Origin: Daphnia carinata
Taxonomy: Eukaryota
Direction: 5' to 3'
NCBI RefSeq assembly: GCF_022539665.2
Contig: NC_081331.1
Span: forward strand, 5,642,001-5,706,000
DNA length: 64,000 nucleotides
Shown: in pieces, positions 1-9,535 of the stretch
Layout of the letters: each line of letters begins with the position of its first letter
How positions within the stretch are numbered: the stretch's first letter is position 1
Program-made: the position numbers and the translations under genes
The notes under the pieces: model-generated
Told to the model about the DNA's origin: nothing
The model's input: only the letters and a program-made list of their open reading frames with translations
Database searches by the model: none

Positions 1-231
1 TGTCTGGAATCGACCTCTGTACCTTTTCCGAATCATTTGGAAAAGGTACAACAACATGCCATTAGCATGTTGTTACATGTCATGCCACATTTGTTTGAAA
101 GCATAAACATAGAGATGGCACTTATTCGCCAAAGCCTATGTTTTCATTATACTCTACCAATGAAATATTATCATGCTTATTATTTTATTATTATTAAGGT
201 TCTGCAATCTCCTGATTTATAACTATTTACA

Positions 232-409
232 CTAGGAGGTCAGCCAATCCGTATTCTTGGTTGGGGTGTTGAAGAAAGTGCTTGCTATTGGCTTAATGCA
301 AACAGCTGAAATACTGATTGGGGTGATAAAGGTTACATCAAAATCTTACGCGGCAAAGGTCACTGTGGCATAGAAAGTCAAATCACAGCTGGCTTTGCCA
401 AAGCTCTGA
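232..409 (+). pseudogene. Cathepsin B-like C-terminal fragment, disrupted
   Basis: Translates [53 protein letters not shown], matching the cathepsin B C-terminus (GGHAIRILGWG...ANSWNTDWG...ILRG..HCGIES). Catalytic His reads Q (241-243), in-frame TGA at 307-309, and an apparent +1 frameshift near 394-396 before GLPKL*-like TGA 407-409. Confidence 0.85.
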
Positions 410-847
410 ATTTCGTCGCGTATTGCCGTTACTTTTACGGACTGAAATCCTGTGTTTTGTTCTCTAAGATTTTTTTTTTCAGTGGCACTGTTTCTTTTGT
501 GCTCTATTCATTTAACTGGATTTGAATTAAACTAGGAGCTTTTAACAAAAATAAATCTATTTGGTTCAAAATTGGTTTCTGGCCACTGGGGGTGTGAACC
601 GTCATTGTTACATTTTGGTAAAACGGAGCTGATGGTTTAGGTTAGGGTAGTAGTAGTTAGTAAGTTTTTTTCTGGAGGCTATTTTTGATAAATGAATACG
701 GAAACGGGTATTAACGAATTTCTCCTAGAAATTCCATTTGCGTTATCACACCAGCTAAAGTTGCATCATAGACGTAATATATTTTTTGTTTTTTAGGATT
801 AATTCATTAACTATAAGGCCCATTGAAAAATGAACTTGATCTGCGTT

Positions 848-911
848 ATTAGCAGTAAAAGAGAAACAAGACCAACATTTTTAAATTTTTTTTTGGGTAA
901 AATGGATTGCC
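848..911 (-). mobile_element. Isolated right terminus of the GGCAATCC-TIR transposon family
   Basis: Ends ...GGGTAAAATGGATTGCC followed by AT (912-913); approximate reverse complement of 980-1045. No partner left end seen in the window. Confidence 0.7.
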
Positions 912-979
912 ATATACTCGAGCTATTGTTGCCTCTGCCGTCATTTTGTGCTGCCTAAGTTCATAAAATATCATTTTAT

Positions 980-1140
980 GGCAATCCGTTTTACCCAAAA
1001 TAAAAATAAAAAATATTGGCCTTTTGTTTCCTATTTACTGCTATCGCCATCTACCGGACATATTTCTAGTTAATTCTCTACGTACACTGACCGAAAACAA
1101 TTTTATGCCCGACTTTTCTCGGTCGGGGTTTTAAAAAAAT
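980..1140 (+). mobile_element. Left end of a GGCAATCC-TIR MITE, interrupted by the foldback element
   Basis: AT|GGCAATCCGTTTTACCC at 978-996; 990-1140 is an approximate reverse complement of ~6203-6337 and a direct copy of ~5902-6020. Confidence 0.7.
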
Positions 1141-1336
1141 GGCAATCCGTTTTACATTAAAAAAAAAGAAATGTCGGAAAAAAAAATCGCACTTTTTTCT
1201 TTTTTCCGACACGTAGCCATCTACCGCTGAGAATCGTTATTACTGGCGTAGGCAATTTCAGTCCATTGGATGCCATTCGCAGTTAGTTCAGTAGCGTGGA
1301 TGGAGAAAAACGCGTGGCTGGAGGAACAATTGAAAA

Positions 1337-2304
1337 ATGGATAAGATAATACAACAAAAGGATGGTAAGTATAAACATTATTATAGTGGTTTTCAATTAT
1401 TAATTATTGTTTATTAGATCAAATTATGAAGCTGCAGGCCCAATTATTGGAACAACACAAAATATTAGATACTGGTTGATCGGCCTATCTAGGAACAAAC
1501 ATTTTCCTTTTTCCCATTCAGGCTGTGAGACAAATTTGATTGTTTGTTATAACTACAACAACATTCCCTGCATAACGAAGGGAATGTTTACATTTTCTTT
1601 AGTGAACTTTTCCCTGAACTGTTGCCTGAAGTTAAAAATGTTTTGGAATATTTGGTTGGAGTTACGCTGATAATATTCAGTTGCAGTAATTGGATCTTGT
1701 CCTCTTTCTTGAGCAGCGTTTTGCCTTTTCAGCCATCGAAGAGGTGCTCAAAGATTATTAATTTTCTATCAATGACTGTCATTTGCCAAACATGTCTTCT
1801 TAAATAATTTGGTAATTGATTGATGGTTTCTAGATCATGAGTTTATTAAACAAAATATAATGGCCCCTAAAGATGTTTCATTTCGTTGGCATTGCAGCGA
1901 TGAACATCATACGTGGACTTTTTAGGTATGAAAGGAATTTTCTTGAAAATTTTTTGAATTTATGACAAAGCATTTCTCCTGCTTTTTGCCAACCATGTCT
2001 AATCTAAAAAAAAAATTTATCCAATAGGAAAGGATTTTCAGCATACTGGGAACACAACTATCAACAATGCAACATTCTAGGGGTGCTATTTTATCATTCA
2101 AGAGCCTTATACAATGATTTTCATCTGCAATTTGTATGGCCTTTCCCAAGCTTCTGCCAGAAGTTGAATCTATAAGGCATGTAAGTCACATGAGCAACAA
2201 TTGAAATGCTTAATGGTGTTGGTTTTCTTTTCTCAGCATAGGTTAATAGTAACATTGGATCTGAAAAGATTCTTGGTTGGGGCAAGACACTGAATAAATT
2301 GTAA
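1337..2304 (+). pseudogene. Decayed spliced gene in left arm of foldback copy 1 (internally deleted or replaced)
   Basis: ATG 1337 MDKIIQQKD|GTAAGT intron|DQIMKLQAQLLEQHKIL; resumes near 1858 and ends ...FPKLLPEVESIRH|intron|VNSNIGSEKILGWGKTLNKL*. Contains in-frame stops. Confidence 0.5.
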
Positions 2305-3054
2305 TGATTGAATGGATGACATGACATTTCTATACTTCATTCGGATTCCCGAGACGGTATTTTATATTTAAAAAATTGAAGTGCATATCTGGGCTCCCTT
2401 CCTTTCCGTAGCCCCGTTTCCCCTTGACTCGTAATAAGCCCGTAGGGGGTCATGCCCCTACTGTACGGTATATATAAAAACAACATATACCGAGGTTTGG
2501 AGGGCTCTGGCCGGAAAGGGGACGTGGGGGTCCGCTTAGTCCGATGATGTGTTCACGGAGGGCGACGTGGCTACCCACAAATCCGAACTAAAGGTTAATC
2601 GCTCCTGTAAAAATGTTCCAAATCTTCAGCTCTTCTTCCGGCTTCTCTTAGCCAATCACCGGGTAATCTCCCCGGTGGGTCAACAAGGCAGTGTCTCCCC
2701 CTGCCTGGGTTGACGGCAACTTTTGAAAGGGCTATTATGCCTTTTTAAAGTTGCAAAAATAATTGTAATGTGCAGAGAATTGTCAATAAAATTTTTTTTA
2801 TAAAATATTTTATCCAAAATTTGTTTCTTTCATTGTATGTTTTAGCCGTGTTCACACATTACATTTATCAACTTTTTTTTTTCTGCGCATTATTTGTTTT
2901 TGTCAACATTGATGGTAAGCATTGTTTCCATTGGTTTATCGTTTATCTGTAAGTATTCAATTATTATTTATTACACTCTTTGAATTTTTCCACTTAGATT
3001 CAAGGAACAACATGTAATATCTGGATATTTTTTAAAGTAATTTTGTACTTTGTT

Positions 3055-3127
3055 TTACCCGTATGGGAACCGATCCCCAGACATTCAGCGTGCAACGCCG
3101 ATGCTCTAACATTGAGCCACGAGATAT
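3055..3127 (-). pseudogene. tRNA-like unit 1 in foldback spacer (TGC at anticodon position)
   Basis: Minus strand GTG-GCTC-AATGTTA-GAGC-A-TCGGC-GTTGCAC-GCTGA-ATGTC-TGGGGATCGGTTCCCA: D arm and anticodon arm pair; T loop and acceptor stem are degenerate. Confidence 0.6.
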
Positions 3128-3222
3128 ATCTAAATATTTTATTATCGCATATTATATGTTATCGTCTAGGATGTTTATGCAGTCTTTCACAACTATATGT
3201 TTATCTTTCTATTTCTTTCATA

Positions 3223-3294
3223 AGGTTCATAGCTCTGTGGTAGAGCCTTCAGTTGCGATACCTGTTACCCTGGGATCAAACCTCAGTAGATGTG
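3223..3294 (+). pseudogene. tRNA-like unit 2 in foldback spacer (tRNA-Cys-like 5' half)
   Basis: CATAGCTCTGTGGTAGAGC...CTGGGATCAAAC; the copy-2 version reads TAGCTCTGTGGTAGAGCATTCAGCTGCA, close to the metazoan tRNA-Cys(GCA) 5' half. Anticodon stem is broken. Confidence 0.55.
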
Positions 3295-3410
3295 TAAAAA
3301 ATGAAGTACAATAAATGTAGAAGAGTATATTGCAGAATTGCATTTCCTTTTTATTCTAAGTGTAAATGCAAGTCCACAAGTAACTAGAAAAAAGCCAACT
3401 TGACATCATA

Positions 3411-3481
3411 TGATTCATGGCTCATTGGTAGAGCATCGGCGCGGTATGCCGAACATCCAGGGTTCGATCCCTGTATAATAA
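3411..3481 (+). pseudogene. tRNA-like unit 3 in foldback spacer with good Pol III A and B boxes
   Basis: TG-GCTC-ATTGGTA-GAGC-A-TCGGC-GCGGTAT-GCCGA-ACATC-CAGGG-TTCGAT-CCCTG: D, anticodon and T stems pair; A box TGGCTCATTGG, B box GGTTCGATCC; weak acceptor stem and no U33. Confidence 0.65.
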
Positions 3482-4135
3482 TAGAATACTAACATATAAA
3501 TGATAAACCAATGGAAACAATGCTTACCATCAAAGTTGACAAAAACAAATAATGCGAAGAAAAAAAAAAAGTTGATAAATGTAATGTGTGAACACGGCTA
3601 ACACATACAATGAAAGAAACAAATTTTGCAAAAAATATTTTATAAAAAAATTTTTATTGACAATTCTCTGCACATTACAATTATTTTTGCAACTTTAAAA
3701 AGGCATAATAGCCCTTTCAAAAGTTGCCGTCAACCCAGGCAGGGGGAGACACTGCCTTGTTGACCCACCGGGGAGATTACCCGGTGATTGGCTAAGAGAA
3801 GCCGGAAGAAAAGCTGAAGATTTGGAACATTTTTACAGGAGCGATTAACCTTTAGTTCGGATTTGTGGGTAGCCACGTCGCCCTCCGTGAACACATCATC
3901 GGACTAAGCGGACTTCCACGTCCCCTTTCCGGCCAGAGCCCTCCAAACCTCGGTATATGTTGTTTTTATATATACCGTACAGTAGGGGCATGACCCCCTA
4001 CGGGCTTATTATGAGTCAAGGGGAAACGGGGCTTCAGAAAAGAAGGGAGCCCAGATATGCACTTCAATTTTTTAAATATCAAATACCGTCTGGGGAATCC
4101 GAATTAAGTATAGAAATGTCATGTCATCCATCCAA

Positions 4136-5534
4136 TCAATACAATTTATTCAGTGTCTTGCCCCAACCAAGAATCTTTTCAGATCCAATGTTACTATTAA
4201 CCTATATTGAGAAAAGAAAAACAACACTGTTAAACATATCAATTGTTGATCATGTAACTTACATGACTCATAGATTCAACTTCTGGTGGAAGCTTGGGAA
4301 AGGACATACAAATTGCAGATTAACATCATTGTATAAGGTTCTTGAATGATAAACTAGCACCTGTAGAACGTTGCATTGTTGATAGTTGTGTTCCCAGTAC
4401 ATGAAAATCCTTGCCTATTGGATAAATTTTTTTTTGGTTGATTAGACCTGGTTGGCAAAAAGGAGGAGAAATTCTTCGTCATAAATTTAAAATTATTTGA
4501 AGAAAAATCCTTTCATACCTAAAGAGTCCATGTATGATGTTCATCTCTGCAATGGCAGCAAAATTAAAACATCTTTAAGGCCATTTAAGTACCCAATTTC
4601 CCCAACACTCTGAACATAAAGGACAAGTTGTTCTTTAGACAGAGAAGCAGAATTATTTGAGGCTTCTAGCTGTGACAGAACTATAAAGGATTGCTGTTGT
4701 ACTGGATTCATTAACACAAGATGGTACTTCTCATTAGGCAATTTGCATTACTCTATTAATTTACCTCACACCTTAACGGTAATGCACTCTCAGTGTTTTT
4801 TCATCTGTAGGCTCACTCTTCCATCCTGTAACACTTCCAGACTTGACTTGATCCCCCCGCTAAAATTCTGTGAATGCAAAATAATAGCATTAAAAATACT
4901 TTTTCGATAGACAAAGAACGGGGAAGTACCTAATCCATGTTTTAGGTTGAACTCATGCCATTTCTGTGTTTCCATACCACACCCATTTTCCGCCCAAATA
5001 CAGTACCACAATTCTTCAGTTCCTTCGCTGCATGGACTTATTACTAACAATTCTTTTAGTGCAGCACTAACAGAATTTAAATTTAACACACTGTCAGGTG
5101 GTGGACTGAATAACTAAACAATAAATAATTGTTTGTTAAAATTCTATACTTATTTGGAATTCTTATTTGGAAAGTTTAGGCACCTGACTGTGTTCACCTA
5201 ATGCCAACTCATCCTCACGTTCAGTTAGGGATGAGTTTTGAAAAACCTCCTTCACTGTTTGGAAACTGTTTTGTTCCAATTTCTTCTTTTCCCCTAGCTG
5301 AGCTTGTAGACTCAAAAATTTGAGCTACAAAACACGAATGAATAAAAGCAAATAAATAGAATCATTACGTATTAGGCCTACCATCCTTAGCTTCGTTGTT
5401 ATCTAATATTTTGTGTTGTTCCAATAACTGGGCCTGCAGCTTCATTATTTGATCTAATAAACAATAATTAATAATTGAAAACCAATATAATAATGTTTAT
5501 ACTTACCACTTTTTTGTTTTATTATCTTATCCAT
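4136..5534 (-). pseudogene. Decayed spliced gene in right arm of foldback copy 1
   Basis: Reverse-strand copy of the arm gene with ATG at 5534 and the same GT-AG intron positions; ORF-track fragments 4790-5089 and 4541-4741 are parts of it. Confidence 0.55.
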
Positions 5535-5901
5535 TTTTCAATTGCTCCTCCAGCCACGCAGTTTTCTCCAGCCACGCTGCTCAATTGAATGCTAATGGCA
5601 TACAATTAACTGAAATTGCATACATACTTGTAATAACGAAACCGACGGGTAGATGGCTACGGGTGGAAAAAAGAGAAAAAAGTGTGATTTTTTTTTTTTC
5701 CGCCATTTTTTTTTTTTTTCCATGTAAAACGGATTGCCATATCTATTGGTAAAGTACTCAGTTTTACTTCACTGAACGGCTCACGATGTTCAAGAAATTA
5801 GGGGCTTGAAAATAAGACCGACAAAATAAATAAGCCCGATTTTTCCCAAACAAAAGTTGGCGCGCCAGTACGGTACAGCGCGCTTGTAGAAAACAGCGTA
5901 T

Positions 5902-6490
5902 TGTATTCCGTTTTACCCCCCCCCCAAATATCGGCCTTTTTCTGTTCACTGCTATCACCATCTCCCGGTCAGATTTCTAGTTAATTCTTTATGTACAGTC
6001 AACCAAACAACCGAACAATTTTTCTGCTGCTTGGCGCTAGCTCTGTCGCGTACTGGTGCGCTAGATTGCCCCAAATATTTGGTGTATTTCAAAAACGATT
6101 AACTTTATGAAAAAATAGCAATTTTCCCCGAATCAGCATTCAGCTTTGCGTGTATCCTGTGATATTCAACCAATTCCTGTGAGTGGCAGTTTTTGCCGAA
6201 AAATTTTTTAAGCCCGACCGGGAAAAGTCGGGCTTAAAATTTTTTCGGTCAGTGAGTAGAAAATTGACTAGGAATGTGACCGGTAGATGGCAATAGCAGC
6301 CAAACAGAAAAAAAGGCCTTTTACTTTTATTTTGGGCATAGTCTTCTATAATAAACGGCCAGTAAGGAAAGTGGTGCTCGATTTGGGGTATTACGCCCTT
6401 CTGGCAATTTTAGTTTTAGGCGCAGGGGGTATTGCGCGCTTACTGGGCGTTTATTATAGTAGGCCATGATTTTGGGTTAAAAGGATTGCC
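5902..6490. mobile_element. MITE of the GGCAATCC-TIR family
   Basis: Degenerate left end AT|TGTATTCCGTTTTACCC; right end GGGTTAAAAGGATTGCC|AT (6491-6492); subterminal inverted segments ~5925-6020 and ~6240-6320. The right end could instead pair with the left end at 980. Confidence 0.6.
6340..6465. mobile_element. 126 bp mini-MITE nested in a MITE end
   Basis: AT|AGTCTTCTATAATAAACGGCCAGTAAG ... CTTACTGGGCGTTTATTATAGTAGGCC|AT: 27 bp imperfect TIRs with AT on both sides. Confidence 0.75.
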
Positions 6491-6526
6491 ATATTGCCAT
6501 ATGTACTCTTGTTTTTGGTTAACGAT

Positions 6527-7206
6527 ATGGATGCAGTTACACTCAATGAGCGATGCCTGGAAGATGACTACTATTACACATTAGGTTGCGATGATTCCTC
6601 CAGTGTGAGTTTCTGTCAGATTTGTGTTGTTTGTTCTTTTTTTTTAATTTTTCATATTCACTTCATACATGAATAGGTTGACCAAATATTAACTGAATAC
6701 AAACACAGAGTATTACTTTGTCATCCTGATAAGAATCCATATGATAAGTCCACTGCTCAGTTTCAAAAACTTCAGGTAAATAGATTCTGCACATTAACCA
6801 AGTAATGTGATAGATACAGTTAATTTCTGGTCATTCCAACAGGAAGCTAAGGAGGTGCTCTGTGACCCAGAAAAGCGAAATGATTATGACAGATGGAAAA
6901 CAAGTGGAATAACAATTTCATACAAGCAATGGATTGTCATAAATAAACAATCTGCTGCCGTAAGTATTACGTGTGCAATATCAGGATGTCATTCTATGTA
7001 GGTTTAAAGTAAAATAGATTGAAGTAATAAAATTAACACAGGTTCTTCACTGGGCCATACCAAAACATGAACAAAAAATGCTACAATCAAGCAGTAGCAA
7101 GTCAGAGATAATAAAACTGAAACAAAGCAAGCTTTCACTTAAAATTGGTTCTCAATATTGTACGTACAATTCCATCCTAGAAAAGTTTAGGAACTATGAA
7201 ATATGA
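6527..7206 (+). CDS. DNAJC12: J-domain co-chaperone, DNAJC12/JDP1-like
   Basis: Exons 6527-6604, 6677-6775, 6843-6959, 7042-7206 join in frame; J domain DYYYTLGC...CHPDKNP...FQKLQEAKEVL..PEKR..YD and the C-terminal KFRNYEI typical of DNAJC12. Confidence 0.92.
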
Positions 7207-7707
7207 AAAAGAAAATCGTGGAACATCTGAATTTATTTTACTAGCATATTCAATATTGACTGTTGCTGTTGCGTAAGATTAACTCGATGTAAAGCTTAAT
7301 AAAATATGTCCATATAAAGCAAGTATTTTTCGAACTGTTCGGTCATGAAGTTGAATGCTACTTAAATGGGTTCCAATCGACATTACTTGTGTATTCTCGA
7401 TCAGGCACTGGCATTTAAAGATGCACTTCTAGTTCTTCAAATGCTAATGTCCAATTAATCTCACCAAAGAAATACAACTGAAGTAGGTCAGTTTACTTTG
7501 TTCAACAACTTAGCCAGCTCCAGCGCCAAAGAAGTAAAATTAGGCGCAATTGTAAAGAGCTCGCATTGCCGATAGACAAATTAATCACCTACTGAATACT
7601 ACTGGAACGGATCTTTATTTCCTAAGGTTCTGCCATAATTGCCAATGATTAAAGTTACATGAGAAACTTGCACAATGCGCAAGAGAAGCTAAAACACGTT
7701 TCTTAAA

Positions 7708-8822
7708 TTAGGCTTCCAATTCCAGCGCCATACCCATTTTGTGACCTCCTTGGTTGAAGTTTTTCAGATCAACCATTGACGATAGGGTAATGGTAACACC
7801 TGAATACGAAAACGAATAAGCCTCAATATGATTCAACTTTCAGTTACAACGTACCCTGGCGGAGTTTTTGCTGATAGCCAAGGCCAAGCTGGGAAGCGTT
7901 ATTGATCTTGGCGCGGACTGCACTGTCGTTATCTAACTGGTACTTGCAACCAATACCGAATCGCGTGGCATTTGAACCGGCGGTCCAGGCAAGTTGGACA
8001 CCTGTTTCTAGATTAGAATTAACCTTTTGGAATAAGGCTCCACCGAATTCTTGTCCGTCGTTACTGTTCAAAAGATAAAATGAGGATTATCACAACGATT
8101 TGCGAATTCAAGCAATATGACGTACACGTTGGTGTGGAGTGCGAAATCTTTTGCTACATAGGCGATGGAGAAATTATTGCGGGTCAACTGGGACTTGGAC
8201 ATGTCGAATGACATTTGGTAGCCAGCTAGCCATCCCATGTAACCGCAAACGGCTGCGCCATTGACTGTTGGGCCACAATTAAGGTCCACATCAGCATTCA
8301 AGGTGGCAGTGTCATGCTTGAATTCAGCTTTGACGACACCAGTTTTCTTGCTGTATAAGAGTGAATGGGTCAAATAAAAAATGTATATATACATAATCTG
8401 ATGAAAATAAAAAACAATAAACATAACAAATATACCCTGTTTGAGGAGCAAAAGTGGAATCAAAGGTTAATTTTAATCCTTGAGCAATTTTATCTTGAAT
8501 GGCAATTTCAGTTCCAAGAGTGTTGTCTGTGTTCCAGCGCTCAGTGAAGGTCAAGCCTGAAAGATAGTTTGTTTTATAAACTGGTGTTGCAGAGAATACA
8601 CAAGCTTAGTCTGTGAACTATACCATATTCTGGAACCTTGTATTTGGTCTCCAAATTTCCAACCACTTTGCCACTGTCAAGGTTCGAAGAACCACCAGTA
8701 GTGAATTCAACTCCATTGGAAGTCTTCGTTTTGCATTCAAGCTTTAGCAGACTAAAATGATAGCCTTTGCCAAACACGTCACGGGAAGATTTGCCAAGAT
8801 CAGCATACACTGGAGGAGCCAT
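7708..8822 (-). CDS. VDAC: Voltage-dependent anion channel (mitochondrial porin)
   Basis: Exons 8624-8822, 8436-8556, 8126-8350, 7855-8063, 7708-7799; [21 protein letters not shown]...WNTDNTL...VNDGQEFGG...[17 protein letters not shown]. Confidence 0.97.
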
Positions 8823-9284
8823 GTTTAAGAGTAATGTACCTAGCAGACAACAAAGAAAATTACTTTTCATTAAATGAAAAAAAATAATAATAAGGAAGAA
8901 GGTGGTGCTACAACTGATAACTTTGAATGCAACTTCTTATATCGTTATTATGAACATCAAATGCATAAAAGAACATATACTTCAGAGAAGTCAGCCATTT
9001 TTGTTCACGTTACGAACCGGTTAAAACGAGTATAAAATGGTACTATCCTCGCATAACTATGGTTAAATTTTATGAACTGAAATCAACCAAGCTGTTTACA
9101 CGTACATTTTAATACTAGTTTACTATACTATGATATAAAAATCGTAAAATACCTGGAGACTTCTGACGACGTAAAAACCAGCTACCTTCGTGTGGCTGTG
9201 TGTGTGGAAGATTTCTGCTGCCGAAGGAAATTGCTTGGGACGAGACCGATTATTTAACCATATACACGATCTCGATACTCCATG

Positions 9285-9535
9285 TATCGATACACACAAA
9301 GGGCGACGCCTTACAATGGATTGTGCAACTCAACGTAGAAATCCTTCGAAGTGCTTACTGCATTGAATCCTTCTCGAAGCCCCTTCCAGTTCGCTATAGA
9401 AAATATCATGTTGATCTGTATAAATGCACGCATGGAGAACCTTTCTTGAATATGCTACTTTAAATAAACATAGCAAATTTTCACATCAAGCTTATCTTGT
9501 CATGTTCCCTCTATAAAAATACCGCATTATCGATA
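9285..9535. promoter_or_regulatory. Two DRE-type elements (TATCGATA) upstream of VDAC
   Basis: Perfect TATCGATA at 9285-9292 and 9528-9535, upstream of the VDAC 5' region; DRE is an arthropod housekeeping promoter motif. Confidence 0.5.

Larger units (their letters stand above)
1141..5738. mobile_element. Palindromic foldback-like non-autonomous DNA transposon, copy 1
   Basis: Termini GGCAATCCGTTTTACA / TGTAAAACGGATTGCC, each flanked by AT (1139-1140, 5739-5740). Arms ~1141-2967 and ~3475-5738 are inverted repeats around a ~507 bp spacer. Second copy at 48931-53647. Confidence 0.88.

Noticed and set aside
1922..2149. Recurrent short ORF MGKAIQIADENH... (also 50164, 52540)
   Set aside because: TTG start, antisense to the spliced relic gene; recurrence reflects the repeat.
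2536..2562. Hammerhead-like core CCGATGA (and CTGAAGA at ~3814)
   Set aside because: No correctly placed GAAA or closing stems.
2676..2745. Possible HDV-like ribozyme (GTCAAC..GTTGAC-GG-CAA-CTTT..AAAG-GGCTA)
   Set aside because: P3/L3 spacing and P2 pairing do not fit; a simple hairpin explains the sequence.
3844..3856. TAACCT as a telomerase template for TTAGG
   Set aside because: Too short, and it lies in a multicopy mobile element.
9338..9390. GAA/TTC-rich stretch as a heat-shock element
   Set aside because: Spacing does not match nGAAnnTTCn arrays.
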